Shown here: piece after piece, positions 54,139 through 64,000 of the stretch
How the letters are laid out: each line of letters begins with the position of its first letter
How positions within the stretch are numbered: position 1 is the stretch's first letter
DNA from: Candidatus Sulfotelmatobacter sp.
GTDB taxonomy: Bacteria > Acidobacteriota > Terriglobia > Terriglobales > Acidobacteriaceae
Direction of reading: 5' to 3'
DNA: 64,000 nucleotides
NCBI GenBank assembly: GCA_049673585.1
Contig: JBATXV010000011.1
Span: 2,547 to 66,546 of the forward strand
Notes under the pieces: generated by a model
What the model was told of the DNA's origin: nothing
What the model saw: the letters and a program-made list of their open reading frames with translations, nothing else
Database searches by the model: none
Translations under genes and position numbers: made by a program

Positions 54139-55104
54139 TCATCCGCGAGGATTCGTGAAATCCGCGGCGAGTGCGGTTTTGACACGAGCCTCGGCTTCGT
54201 GCTGAATCTGCGCCTCATCGCCGAAACCTCGCAGCCAATGGACCTCCGGCTCGCGGCGAAACCAGGTCATCTGGCGTTTGGCATAGTTGCGGTGAGCCTG
54301 CTGAGTGGCCTGGAGCGCCTGCTCGCGCGTCAGTTCGCCGCGAAGAAATTGCAGCGCCTGCTTGTAGCCGAGTGCAGACAGTGGGCCGATAGTTTCACCG
54401 TACTTCTCAACCAGCCGCTGCGTCTCCTCCACTAGGCCAGCGTCGAACATCTGCTGCGCGCGGCGGTTGATTCGGTCATAGAGCGCGTGCCGATCAGGAT
54501 CCAGACCGAGGCGCAGAATGCGGAAGCCGCGCAAGGGGTCGCGCCCACGCTGCCACAATTCCGTCATCTTCTGTCTCGACGCCAGGCATACCTCGATCGC
54601 GCGGATTAGCTTGGGCGTATCGTTCGCGTGAATCTTTTCAGCAGCGGCGCGATCCAAGCGGTGGAGAATGCGATGAAGGTAATTCGATCCGCGTGCGTCA
54701 GCAAGCTGTCTCAATCGCTTGCGCAGTTCTTCAGAGCGCTGCGGACCGGGGAAAAGTGCTTCCAGCAGGGCACGCAGATAGAGGCCGGTTCCGCCCACGA
54801 CAATCGGCAAATGACGCCGCATTTTGATTTCATCGAGCACTTGCCGTGCCTGACGGGCATATTCGCCGGCGGTGATATGACTGGTGGGCGCTACGCAATC
54901 GAGCAAGTGATGGGGAGCGCGGGCTCGTTCTAAGGCCGTAGGCTTGGCGGTCCCAAGGTCGAACTCGCGGTACATGGCGACGGAATCGCAGTTTACGATC
55001 TCGCCGTGGAAGCGCTCGGCGAGCGCCAGAGAAAGCGCGGTCTTGCCGCTGGCAGTGGGACCGAGCACGACCACCAGCGGCGGTTCAGGCTGCACCGAAG
55101 CCAC
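54139..55104 (-). CDS. miaA: tRNA dimethylallyltransferase
   Basis: P-loop GPTASGKT and the IVGGTGLY motif. GTG start. Confidence 0.93.
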   Translation of the reverse strand: MASVQPEPPLVVVLGPTASGKTALSLALAERFHGEIVNCDSVAMYREFDLGTAKPTALERARAPHHLLDCVAPTSHITAGEYARQARQVLDEIKMRRHLPIVVGGTGLYLRALLEALFPGPQRSEELRKRLRQLADARGSNYLHRILHRLDRAAAEKIHANDTPKLIRAIEVCLASRQKMTELWQRGRDPLRGFRILRLGLDPDRHALYDRINRRAQQMFDAGLVEETQRLVEKYGETIGPLSALGYKQALQFLRGELTREQALQATQQAHRNYAKRQMTWFRREPEVHWLRGFGDEAQIQHEAEARVKTALAADFTNPRG

Positions 55105-55334
55105 CGTCAGCGCACGCTCCAGTGAATGGCGTGCCAGTAGCGAATCAACGTAAGGACGAGCAACAGGAAGGCGATCAACAGCAGGCCGGAAGTTTCCGTG
55201 GCATAAATTGCGTGCCGGCGGTGCTTGCCGGAGGAATCGTTCTGGCCCTGGGCGTCAGCCACGCAGATATTGTACGCTCGGAAAGAAGGCTCGCGGTTGG
55301 TGCTACACTACGCGTCGTCGGTCGCCGATTGTCC

Positions 55335-56159
55335 ATGCCCGCTTTCCAAGGCAACTCCAGCAGAATCGCGCGGTTTGGTGTTTTCGAACTCGATCTTGCC
55401 GCTGGCGAACTGCGCAAGAACGGCGCCAAGCTTCGCCTGCAGGAGCAGCCGTTTCAGGTTCTGGCCCTGCTGCTGGAGCGCGCCGGCGATGTGGTGACGC
55501 GCGAGGAACTGCGCCAGAAACTCTGGCCCGCTGACACCTTCGTGGATTTCGACCACAGTCTCAACACCGCCGTGAACAAGCTTCGGGAAGTGCTGGGCGA
55601 TTCGGCATCCAGTCCACGTTATATCGAAACGCAGGCCCGTCGCGGATATCGGTTTGTCGCGCCCGTCCAGAACAGTGTCGCGACAACCTCCCCGCAGAAT
55701 TCCCCGAGCACACTGCATCCGGAGCTCGAAGTGCCGATCCCGCGGCGTGGGCTGACACGGGGACTATTCGCTCTAATCCAAATGATGTACCTCATCTTCT
55801 ACATGGTCGCGCTGTCCCGCCTGCATGCGATCCAGGGAATCGCAGACTCTTTCTTGCCGGCGTGGGGCGCGACAACCCTGGCGGCCGTGGTGATGGTGAC
55901 TGCGGGAGTAGGAATTCCGCTGCGCTGTTATCTGCTCTCCGCCGTAGGGTTCGACTACCAGCGCCTGGGTGAAAAGTTTCAGCAGATATTTCTTCTTATT
56001 ATCGCTCTCGATCAGCTTTGGGCCGTCGCTCCGTTTCTGCTGATGCAGAAGATCGGGCTGGGGGCGGCTTTCGCGGCGAGCGCGGCATTACTCTATGTAC
56101 CGTTCTCAGAGCGCACTCTGATTCGCATGGCGTACGTGAAACGGCAAGTGCAGGATTGA
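55335..56159 (+). CDS. CadC/OmpR-type winged-helix transcriptional regulator with membrane C-terminal domain
   Basis: FGVFELDLAAGELRKNGAKLRLQEQPFQVLALLLE ... RGYRF, followed by about four TM helices. The start is at MPAFQGN. Confidence 0.8.
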   Translation: MPAFQGNSSRIARFGVFELDLAAGELRKNGAKLRLQEQPFQVLALLLERAGDVVTREELRQKLWPADTFVDFDHSLNTAVNKLREVLGDSASSPRYIETQARRGYRFVAPVQNSVATTSPQNSPSTLHPELEVPIPRRGLTRGLFALIQMMYLIFYMVALSRLHAIQGIADSFLPAWGATTLAAVVMVTAGVGIPLRCYLLSAVGFDYQRLGEKFQQIFLLIIALDQLWAVAPFLLMQKIGLGAAFAASAALLYVPFSERTLIRMAYVKRQVQD

Positions 56160-56302
56160 GTGCGCGAATAAGATGTAATCCACCTGACCCCGGCAAGCCC
56201 CTCGCCCTTGACCCGAAGCCTTATACTCTTAGGTTCGATTTCAGCACGGTCATTCTGCCTCAGGCGTGTCTTCGGCAGGCGAACGGAAGAGGATTACTCA
56301 CA

Positions 56303-58360
56303 ATGGCAATCCCGCGCGTGTTTATTTCCATCCCCGTCATCGTCGTTATGTTTGTAGCCGCATCGCCGCTTCCTTTGGCGATCGCCCAGCAACCCTCGAG
56401 CGACCCGCAGTCGAAGCCGGAGCCGGCGCTGGATGTGACTTCCATGGATCGAACCGTCGATCCGTGCGTGGATTTCTTCAAGTACTCCTGCGGCGGGTGG
56501 ATCAAGAACAACCCGATCCCTCCCGACCAGTCTTCGTGGGACACCTACTCGAAAATGCAGGACGAGAACCGAGCCCGGCTGCACGGAATCCTCGAGGCCG
56601 CCGCCGCGCCTGACCCTGCGCGCAACGCCGCTACGCAGAAGATTGGCGACTACTATTCCTCCTGCATGGACGAGAAAGCAATCGAGGCCAAGGGAACGGA
56701 CCCGCTGAAGGCGGGGTTGGAGCGAATCGCGAAGATTGACTCCAAAGCGGAAATCGCCGACATCGCCGCGGCTATGATCGATAACAACATCCTGTTTCGT
56801 TTCGATTCCAACCAGGACTTCAAAGATGCCACTCAAGAGATCGCGTATGCAGACCAGGGCGGCCTCGGCCTGCCGGACCGCGATTACTACCTGAAAGAAG
56901 ATGCCAAATCGGTTGATCTGCGTAAGAGTTATCTCGCGCACGTGCAAAAGATGTTCGAACTGCTGGGCGATCAGCCGGAGGTTGCAGCTGCGGAAGCGCA
57001 AACCGTGATGCGCATCGAAACCGCACTGGCCAAGGGATCGATGACCCGTGTGGAGCGGCGCGAACCGAAGAACCTCGACCACAAGATGACCACAGGCGAA
57101 CTGGAAAAAATCAGTCCCAATTTTCAGTGGCAGGCGTACTTCACCAAGGTCGGGTTGCCGTCCCTCGCCTCGCTCAATGTGACGTCCCCCAGCTTCTTCA
57201 AGGCAATGAATGAAGAACTCAGCAAAGAAAGCCTCGCGGACTGGAAGGTTTATCTGCGCTGGCACCTGGTGCATGCCGATGCCCCATTTCTTTCCTCAGC
57301 ATTGCTGAACGAGAACTTCGCTTTCTATGGAAAGACTTTGCGCGGCCAGCAGGAGCTGCAACCGCGCTGGAAGCGCTGCACGGAAAACGTGGACGATGAC
57401 CTGGGAGAAGCGCTCGGCCAGGTGTACGTGGAGAAATATTTCAGTCCGCAGGCGAAGCAAGAAGCCCTGAAAATGGTGAAGGAAATCGAGGCTGCCATGC
57501 AACAGGACATCAACTCTCTGCCGTGGATGTCAGCGGCCACCAAGCAGCAGGCGCTGATTAAGCTGCATGCCGTGGCCAACAAGATCGGCTATCCCGACAA
57601 GTGGCGCGACTACAGCAAGCTCGAGATCGTTCGCGGAGATGAACTCGGCAACGTGGAACGCGCACGCAGATTCGAATTCAACCGGCAACTGGCAAAAATC
57701 GGCAAGCCCGTGGACCGAGGCGAGTGGGACATGACTCCACCCACGGTGAATGCGTATTACAACCCGCAGATGAACGACATTAACTTCCCCGCGGGAGTGT
57801 TGCAGCCGCCCGCTTTCGATCCCGCTTCTGACGCCGCTCCAAACTACGGAGACACTGGAGGCACCATCGGCCACGAACTCACGCACGGCTTCGACGACGA
57901 AGGCCGCCAGTTCGATGCGCACGGCAACCTGCGCGACTGGTGGACCGCCGAAGATGGCAAAGAATTTGTGAAGCGCGCCAGCTGCATCTCAGACCAGTAT
58001 TCTACTTACACCATCATTGACGACATCAAGATCAACGGCAAGTTGACTCTGGGCGAGGATACTGCCGACCTGGGCGGGCTGATTCTGGCTTACATGGCGT
58101 GGAAGGAAGACACCAAGGGACAGAACCTGCAACCGCTCGACGATCTCACTCCCGACCAAAGATTCTTCGTGGGCTACGGGCAGAGCTGGTGCGGCCAAAC
58201 CCGCGACGAGACTAAGCGGCTGTATGCTACGGTCGACCCGCATTCACCCGACAAGTACCGCACCAACGGTGTGGTCTCGAACATGCCGGAATTCCAGGAG
58301 GCATTTCACTGCAAGGCGGGATCGCCGATGGTCAATCAGAACCGTTGCCGCGTGTGGTAG
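56303..58360 (+). CDS. M13-family zinc metallopeptidase (PepO/endothelin-converting-enzyme-like)
   Basis: Signal peptide, the NAYY motif, HELTHGFD (HExxH), GEDTADLGG (ExxxD) and C-terminal CRVW. Confidence 0.9.
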   Translation: MAIPRVFISIPVIVVMFVAASPLPLAIAQQPSSDPQSKPEPALDVTSMDRTVDPCVDFFKYSCGGWIKNNPIPPDQSSWDTYSKMQDENRARLHGILEAAAAPDPARNAATQKIGDYYSSCMDEKAIEAKGTDPLKAGLERIAKIDSKAEIADIAAAMIDNNILFRFDSNQDFKDATQEIAYADQGGLGLPDRDYYLKEDAKSVDLRKSYLAHVQKMFELLGDQPEVAAAEAQTVMRIETALAKGSMTRVERREPKNLDHKMTTGELEKISPNFQWQAYFTKVGLPSLASLNVTSPSFFKAMNEELSKESLADWKVYLRWHLVHADAPFLSSALLNENFAFYGKTLRGQQELQPRWKRCTENVDDDLGEALGQVYVEKYFSPQAKQEALKMVKEIEAAMQQDINSLPWMSAATKQQALIKLHAVANKIGYPDKWRDYSKLEIVRGDELGNVERARRFEFNRQLAKIGKPVDRGEWDMTPPTVNAYYNPQMNDINFPAGVLQPPAFDPASDAAPNYGDTGGTIGHELTHGFDDEGRQFDAHGNLRDWWTAEDGKEFVKRASCISDQYSTYTIIDDIKINGKLTLGEDTADLGGLILAYMAWKEDTKGQNLQPLDDLTPDQRFFVGYGQSWCGQTRDETKRLYATVDPHSPDKYRTNGVVSNMPEFQEAFHCKAGSPMVNQNRCRVW

Positions 58361-58379
58361 AAGTGCGATTCGAGGGGAA

Positions 58380-59465
58380 CTATTCCATTTCTTCTTTGGT
58401 GGGATTGTAGAAGAAACGGAATCGAAGAGCGAGATAGGGTCCGCCAAAATCGCTGGGCAACTCCGGAAATGGATCCGAGCCCACGATGCCGGCCCAAGCC
58501 GCACGATCCAGCGGAACATCTCCCGAGCTGGTGACCAGCTTCATGCCGGCGACCTTTCCATCCTTAGTAATCGCGAACTCGATGATCAGGCTTCCGTGTT
58601 TCATCTCCGCGGATTCCGGAATCGCGTTATACCAATTCTGACGAACGTCATGCAGCACTCGCTGAAGGTAGGGGCCGAAATCTACGCCTTGCGTGTCGCT
58701 GAGGATCTCAAGATTGCCCACCTGGCGGCCGTGCGCCCCAGTGCCTAATCCAAAATCGCCGTTGTCACCTTGTCCCCCGGCCCCGCGCCGTGCCGCCACC
58801 GCGCGAGTCGCGTCCTGGATCGCAGAACCCGCGGACATGGAACCGCCATACTTTTCGAACTCGTGTTTGACATTCGGTGCGGCGGGCGTTTGCAGTTGCG
58901 CGACTTCAGGATTTGGCGCCTGCTCGGGCGCGGGCTGATTCTGCGCAAATCCCGCGGACGACTGAGGTGGAGGCTGCGGTGCACCGCTCGAGCCCGGCGC
59001 TCCCGGCGGCGGGGATGCCAGAATCTTGCGCAACTCCTTCACATCCAGTTGCGGGCGCCGCGTCATGGCGATGCGGTTTTTGTCGGAAGCGATGTTCGTA
59101 TTCGGCTTCCGCGGGACCTTTTGCAAGTCCGATGGAAGCTCGAGGAACGTCAAATCCTTCCCGTTCGTCAGATTCTTCGCCACCACAGCCGAGTGCCAGG
59201 GCAGGTATTTTTCAAGTTTCTGAATGTTGAAAATGCAAATGAGGAGAATCAGGTGGACGATGACGGAAATCCACGCAGCTTCGCGGCGCCGCGAGCGCGC
59301 CAGATCGTCCTGCAACTGGATGAGCAGATGCGGCACACGGGCATCGTCATCTAGCGCGCGGTAAGCCGTTTCCCATCCCTGGGCGTCGTACAGGCCAAGC
59401 TGCTCCGGTTGCGGCTTCTCGGCAGGAGCCACCGGATCCTGGAATGGAATTTGTGTGATGGGCAT
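58380..59465 (-). CDS. TonB-family protein
   Basis: N-terminal anchor helix, a Pro-rich linker and a C-terminal TonB_C-like domain (YLQRVLHDVRQNWY ... GSLIIEFAITKDGKV). Confidence 0.78.
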   Translation of the reverse strand: MPITQIPFQDPVAPAEKPQPEQLGLYDAQGWETAYRALDDDARVPHLLIQLQDDLARSRRREAAWISVIVHLILLICIFNIQKLEKYLPWHSAVVAKNLTNGKDLTFLELPSDLQKVPRKPNTNIASDKNRIAMTRRPQLDVKELRKILASPPPGAPGSSGAPQPPPQSSAGFAQNQPAPEQAPNPEVAQLQTPAAPNVKHEFEKYGGSMSAGSAIQDATRAVAARRGAGGQGDNGDFGLGTGAHGRQVGNLEILSDTQGVDFGPYLQRVLHDVRQNWYNAIPESAEMKHGSLIIEFAITKDGKVAGMKLVTSSGDVPLDRAAWAGIVGSDPFPELPSDFGGPYLALRFRFFYNPTKEEME

Positions 59466-59707
59466 GAACTAAGCTTGTCCGAGCTGGGCGTGTCCAAGCC
59501 AGGCTTGTCGGTTAGACACAAATCCCCGACGCCACGTTGCATCCCGCGTTTCCTGGAGCAACGCAACGAACCGGCGCAGCCAAGCTGCCTTCATTTTCGC
59601 ATCTTTCGGGGGATTCTGCCCACGCACAAAATAGATCGGGACTTGCCTATGTAAACATTTGTAAAACGCCTTGAATTCATGGTGGGAAGCAGGTTCGCAT
59701 ACGGCGC

Positions 59708-60826
59708 CTACCCCTTCGCTTTGGCCTTCTCAGCAAGCCCGACTTTCTTCCCATGCTCGCGAATCTCAGCGACTATGTCGAGCGCCAGCGCCAGCGCGCG
59801 GCGGCCATCGTCGAGTGGCACCACTGGCGTCGAGCGTTCCCGCACCGCTCGCAGAAACGACTTCAACTCGGCGTGCAAAGGCTCCTCCGAAGTCACCGGA
59901 GGCTTGGCCACTTTTATCTGCGGATTAACCGTGGGAGTGCCCGGCGCACCATCGGCGCCGACCGTGAATACAAGCACTTCCTGCCGTCCGTAGTCGACGG
60001 AAACATATTGCTGGGGCTGAAAAAAGCGCAGCTTGCGCACGCGCTCCGTCGAAACCCGGCTGGCCGTGAAGTTCGCCACGCATCCCGATTCAAACTCAAG
60101 CCGCACATTCGCAATATCAGCCTTGCCCGAAAGAATAGGCAGGCCGACGGCGCGCACCTCTTTCACCGGAGAATCGGCAAACGAAAGCACGATATCGAGA
60201 TCGTGGATCATTAGGTCCAACACCACATCGACATCCAGTGAGCGTGGAGTAAAAACGCTGAGTCGATGCACTTCGAAAAACATGGGCCGCGTAAGCAGCG
60301 GGATCGTGGCGCGCACCGCCGGATTAAAGCGCTCAAGGTGCCCCGCCTGCGCAATGCGCTTGTGCGTGGCAGCCAGTTGCACCAGTTCGTTTGCCTCATC
60401 CAGCGAAGCGGCTACCGGCTTCTCGATCAGCACGTCAACCCCGGCTTCCATCAGCGCGCGCGCCACTGCCAAGTGATGCACCGTAGGCGCCGCCACCGAT
60501 GCCGCGCGGATTTCGCTGTGCGTGGTCAGCATTTGCGCGACTGAGCCAAAAGCGCGGCAGCCAAACTCCCGCGCCACCGCATCGGCACGATCGAGATTAG
60601 GATCGACCACTCCCACCAGTCGCACCGGCTCGCCCTGCTGCTCCAGTTCGTGATAGACCCGCGCGTGGTTGCGTCCGAAGACGCCCACACCCACCACCGC
60701 AACGGAAATCGCATTGTCAGCTTGCAGGAAGGAACTCTCGCCTGGCCGGTTGCCAGCAGGAACAACAAATTGTAAACGTAAAGCTGGGAAAGAGCATCTG
60801 GAATAGAGCGGGCCGTCCGACGCCAC
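59708..60826 (-). CDS. Gfo/Idh/MocA-family oxidoreductase
   Basis: Rossmann start ISVAVVGVGVFGRNHARVY and the EKP motif (VLIEKPVA). The true start codon is uncertain; the longest ORF starts with GTG. Confidence 0.82.
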   Translation of the reverse strand: MASDGPLYSRCSFPALRLQFVVPAGNRPGESSFLQADNAISVAVVGVGVFGRNHARVYHELEQQGEPVRLVGVVDPNLDRADAVAREFGCRAFGSVAQMLTTHSEIRAASVAAPTVHHLAVARALMEAGVDVLIEKPVAASLDEANELVQLAATHKRIAQAGHLERFNPAVRATIPLLTRPMFFEVHRLSVFTPRSLDVDVVLDLMIHDLDIVLSFADSPVKEVRAVGLPILSGKADIANVRLEFESGCVANFTASRVSTERVRKLRFFQPQQYVSVDYGRQEVLVFTVGADGAPGTPTVNPQIKVAKPPVTSEEPLHAELKSFLRAVRERSTPVVPLDDGRRALALALDIVAEIREHGKKVGLAEKAKAKG

Positions 60827-60848
60827 GAAAGGAGAGTCGTCTCACCTC

Positions 60849-61178
60849 ATGCGAACCATAGCGCTGCTTACCGTCTCAAACATTTTCATGACCTTCGCCT
60901 GGTATGGTCATCTGAAATATCGCGAGGTCCCGCTGTTCAAAGTGATCGTGATCAGCTGGTTGATCGCCTTCTTCGAGTATTGCTTCCAGGTGCCGGCCAA
61001 CCGCATTGGTTCTTACGAGTTCAGCGTCGCACAACTCAAGACCATTCAGGAGGTCATTACGCTGGTCGTGTTCTCGGTTTTCTCGGTGCTCTACCTGAAG
61101 CAGCCGGTGCGCTGGAACCACGCCGTCGGATTCGGCCTGATTGTGGTCGCCGTGGGAGTGATCTTCAAACAGTGGTAG
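60849..61178 (+). CDS. DMT-superfamily small membrane protein (DUF486-like)
   Basis: 109 aa with four TM helices and SNIFMTFAWYGHLKY. Confidence 0.75.
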   Translation: MRTIALLTVSNIFMTFAWYGHLKYREVPLFKVIVISWLIAFFEYCFQVPANRIGSYEFSVAQLKTIQEVITLVVFSVFSVLYLKQPVRWNHAVGFGLIVVAVGVIFKQW

Positions 61179-61198
61179 GTGAGCAGATCAAGATCGAC

Positions 61199-61693
61199 TC
61201 AACTCCCGGCTTTCGCGGCATGGCCCTGCACTTTTTTCAGGATCGCAATCTGCCCCGCGTGGTAGAGCGCGTGTTGGGCCACGCCGTGCAGCATGAAGTA
61301 AAAATCGTATCTCTTGCCCGGAACCCGCTCGCGCAGCCGCGACTCGGGCAAGTCCGCAACCATCTTCACCAGCACATCGTGTGTGTGCTTTGCGCGAGCG
61401 ATAGCCTCACGCCACGCAGTTTGAGTAGGTTTAGGAACGACGGGAAAATTCGCCGTACCCGTAAGCTGTACTTTCTCTCCGTCCAACCGGCGGCAGGCCG
61501 CATCGTCCCAGGCAGAAACGTGCAGCACCAGCTCCCAGATGCTGTGAACGTCGGGCAATGGCTGAGCGGCAGCGGTCACAGCATCCATCTCCCGCAGTAA
61601 TTCCAGCAGAGCCGGGCCATGCCAGGCATCGCCTTCAAATGCGCGGCGAAGCTGTTCGGCAATCAGGACAGGTTCAGAACTCGGAGTGGTCAT
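61199..61693 (-). CDS. DinB-family protein
   Basis: AWHGPALLELL ... HVSAWDD ... HALYHAGQI. Confidence 0.78.
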   Translation of the reverse strand: MTTPSSEPVLIAEQLRRAFEGDAWHGPALLELLREMDAVTAAAQPLPDVHSIWELVLHVSAWDDAACRRLDGEKVQLTGTANFPVVPKPTQTAWREAIARAKHTHDVLVKMVADLPESRLRERVPGKRYDFYFMLHGVAQHALYHAGQIAILKKVQGHAAKAGS

Positions 61694-61752
61694 AATCCTT
61701 CAGCTTCCTTCCAGAGAATCAACAGGAGACTCGGGAGTGTAAGCAAGTCTGA

Positions 61753-62604
61753 TCAGGCCGGGTCAGCCACAACCGTCATCCCCGCCGCATTGGCCGCGTC
61801 GATAACTTTCTCTCCATCAAGTAGCAGACATTTGCCGGCATCGAGCGCAAGGCAGGTAGCGCCTGCCGCCTGCATAACGTCGATCGTCTTAACTCCGATC
61901 ACGGGAACATCAAACCGCATATCCTGATTCGGTTTCGCGATCTTCACCACCGTAAGGGCACGGCTCAGCGTAGAAGCATCTCCGCGCAGCGAACCCATAA
62001 TATGCCCGGCACGCTCGATCGCGGCGTCGGTGCCTTCCATGGCTTCCACCGCCACGCAAGCCGATTCCGCAATCACCACCGTCTGCCCAATGTCGTACTG
62101 CGCCAGCTGGCGAGCCACGGCTCGGCCGTAGTCAATGTTCTTCCTCTCCTGTTCGTTCGGTGCGCGGCGGGTGAGCACTCCGGATTTCACCAGCAGCGGC
62201 TCCAATAGCCCGGTCGAACTCTCGAGTGTGATGCCTTCTTCCGCGAGAACCTTGGCCACGGCGCCGAGCAGGCTATCCGTATTACGCGTGGTCAGTGAAA
62301 GCAAAAGCTTGGCCAGCCGCCAATCCGGCCGGATAGCGGAGAAGATTTGCTTATGCTTCACCTGCCCAGCCATGATAGCGCGCCGCACCCCTTCGCGCTG
62401 GAAAGTCTCAATCAGCATCGAAAGTTCTCCGAGCGACAGCCAGTGAACCGCAGCGGCGCCGCGATCCTCAATCTCAGATGAAGCCTCTTCCTTGATCGCG
62501 ACCACGACCACTTCGAATCCCTGAGCGCGCGCGGCGTCCAATATGAGGAGCGGAAACGTGCCGTTGCCAGCGATGAGGCCGATCTTTTCCCTAGCAGAAG
62601 ACAT
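61753..62604 (-). CDS. lpxI: UDP-2,3-diacylglucosamine diphosphatase LpxI (DUF1009)
   Basis: IGLIAGNGTFPLL N-terminus and C-terminal RFDVPVIGVKTI ... AGATCLALDAG. Confidence 0.82.
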   Translation of the reverse strand: MSSAREKIGLIAGNGTFPLLILDAARAQGFEVVVVAIKEEASSEIEDRGAAAVHWLSLGELSMLIETFQREGVRRAIMAGQVKHKQIFSAIRPDWRLAKLLLSLTTRNTDSLLGAVAKVLAEEGITLESSTGLLEPLLVKSGVLTRRAPNEQERKNIDYGRAVARQLAQYDIGQTVVIAESACVAVEAMEGTDAAIERAGHIMGSLRGDASTLSRALTVVKIAKPNQDMRFDVPVIGVKTIDVMQAAGATCLALDAGKCLLLDGEKVIDAANAAGMTVVADPA

Positions 62605-62931
62605 CCAGAGAGCCCATGCGAAACCGTCGCGGACTCAGTCTAGCATTCAGCAATCATTGAGTGCCGCACCCTTCGTTGCTCAATCATCGCTTAGGCCCGT
62701 TAACAACATCCGTCGCGCAGCCTTCCGCGAATCTCTGCGGTACAGCTCGAGAGTCAGACTTGCGAACATCGTGGTCCTTGCGACAGGGAATACCATGATA
62801 TTCGCGGGCAATTGGAGTTCTGGCAAGGGCACCGTTGATTTGAGTTCTAGCAGCCCGAAGCACTTGTCCGTGTCGTGCGTGCGAAGGCAGGTTTACACCA
62901 CTGTTCGGCTTGGCTGCTCGAGGCGGGAATT

Positions 62932-63753
62932 ATGCAGAACGGGCGTCACCCTGATAAGCCATACATATTGGCAACCGGAGAGAAAGCTGTTTCTCGTCTG
63001 GATCTTTTGGAGCGAATTTTCGGTCCGGCCACCCGTCACTTGCTCTCCGCCGCCGGGTTATGCCCCGGCATGCGTGTGGCGGAGATCGGCTGTGGCATCG
63101 GCCTCACAGCACGATGGGCGTCAACGCAGGTCGGCCCCGGCGGGTCCGTGGCGTGCGTTGACCAAAGTTCCGAGCAACTGCACATCGCGGAAAAAAGCGC
63201 GGCAGAAGCCGGCGCCACAAATCTTTCATTCCTCGAACGCAATGCTTACGAAACGGGTTTGCCTCGCGATTCTTTCGATCTTGTTTACTCTCGGTTCCTC
63301 CTGTGCCATCTCGCTCATCCGGCCAAGGCATTGGCGGAAATGAGCGCACTTTTGAAGCCGGGCGGAATCCTTGTATGCGAAGATCACGACGACGGTGGCA
63401 TCTTCACGGAACCTGCGACCCACGCCTATAAGCGACTTGTTGAGATCAGCGATGCTATGAACCGCAGCCAGGGCCTCGATTCGTACATCGGTCTTAAGCT
63501 ACCCCGGCTATTTCGTGAAGCGGGCTTCAGTCAGCCGGAGGAAAAAGTCAACCAGATCGCCCTATCACGCGGTGAGGAGAAACGGTTTTGGGAACTGACG
63601 TTGAGAGAGGCGGCGCCGGCGATTTTGGCCGCTCACGCCTCCACTTCCGAGGAACTCGACGCTATCAGCGAAGAGATGCGCCGGATTGCTGAGGATGAAT
63701 CCATCCGTCTGATGCTTGCTCGCGTAACTCAGGTCTGGGCGAGAAAACCATGA
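62932..63753 (+). CDS. class I SAM-dependent methyltransferase
   Basis: Motif I VAEIGCGIG and post-I/II blocks. The start is at MQNGRHP. Confidence 0.85.
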   Translation: MQNGRHPDKPYILATGEKAVSRLDLLERIFGPATRHLLSAAGLCPGMRVAEIGCGIGLTARWASTQVGPGGSVACVDQSSEQLHIAEKSAAEAGATNLSFLERNAYETGLPRDSFDLVYSRFLLCHLAHPAKALAEMSALLKPGGILVCEDHDDGGIFTEPATHAYKRLVEISDAMNRSQGLDSYIGLKLPRLFREAGFSQPEEKVNQIALSRGEEKRFWELTLREAAPAILAAHASTSEELDAISEEMRRIAEDESIRLMLARVTQVWARKP

Positions 63754-63828
63754 TCGTTGGAAGATCAAAGGTGAACGGATTTCTTTCCGGCCATCGGCCT
63801 TCTCGATGGCCCAGCCGACAGCTGACTC

Positions 63829-64000
63829 TTACTTAATTACTCCCCGTTCCGATGCCTCGATAAAACGAATCAGCATATCCACATCCTCCCCGCGATCAGG
63901 CTCGGACTTCAGCTTCTCCAGCGCCTGCGAAGTATTCATTTTCGACGCCAGCAGAGTCTTGTAAGCATGATGAATCTTGCGGATCCGCTCCTGCGAAAAC
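63829..64000 (-). CDS. C-terminal fragment of an unidentified protein (gene continues past the window end)
   Basis: Open minus-strand frame ...FSQERIRKIHHAYKTLLASKMNTSQALEKLKSEPDRGEDVDMLIRFIEASERGVIK ending at TAA (63829-63831). Family not recognised. Confidence 0.3.
   Translation of the reverse strand, partial: FSQERIRKIHHAYKTLLASKMNTSQALEKLKSEPDRGEDVDMLIRFIEASERGVIK

Noticed and set aside
55185-55205. Sigma-54 promoter-like TGGCAT-aaat-TGCG in the miaA/regulator spacer
   Set aside because: The GG-to-GC spacing is two nucleotides shorter than the canonical -24/-12 spacing.
56294-57274. 326-aa ORF antisense to the M13 peptidase gene
   Set aside because: A shadow ORF inside a gene with clear HExxH/ExxxD motifs.

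Overview
The window reads as a high-GC (about 60%) chromosomal core region. It is probably from an Acidobacteriota-type soil bacterium; this is an inference from a VWFA-type secreted protein, a CarboxypepD_reg/TonB-dependent-like outer-membrane protein, many DinB-family genes and characteristic dispersed repeats. I can support about 60 protein-coding genes and 2 tRNAs (Gln-UUG, Pro-GGG).

Housekeeping genes:
- DNA, RNA and translation: lipA, recG, a 5'-3' exonuclease, rpsF-rpsR-rplI, pth, rplY, prs, rnr, miaA.
- Isoprenoid and pyrimidine synthesis: ispE, ispD, ispF, pyrB, pyrC.
- Envelope: murJ, bactofilin, lpxI.
- Amino-acid catabolism: tdh, kbl.

Envelope and signalling genes:
- An ECF sigma / anti-sigma / DUF4097 / PDZ cluster.
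- A GAF-GAF-GGDEF cyclase.
- Two GH3 hydrolases.
- An M13 peptidase.
- A TonB-family protein.
- A CadC-like regulator.

I see no rRNA, CRISPR array, transposase, integrase, phage genes or recognisable defence or toxin-antitoxin cassette. I therefore do not claim a canonical novel system.

What ordinary gene calls do not explain:
1. Several unrelated families of tandem-repeat hairpin elements sit exactly in intercistronic junctions. One family consists of CACGGAT heptads phased every 10 bp.
2. Palindromic repeat-like sequence appears in frame inside essential genes (ispE, rnr, the miaA 3' end).
3. A self-contained micro-gene (SD, 13-codon poly-lysine ORF, strong terminator) lies in a 538-bp gap.
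4. A 45-bp duplicate of the 3' half of tRNA-Pro lies 82 bp downstream of the intact gene.
5. An orphan ORF bracketed by 16-bp direct repeats splits the tdh-kbl pair.
6. A perfect TGTGA-N6-TCACA site and other operator-like palindromes occur in AT-rich spacers.

All functional calls come from reading motifs in the translated ORFs. No database search was run.
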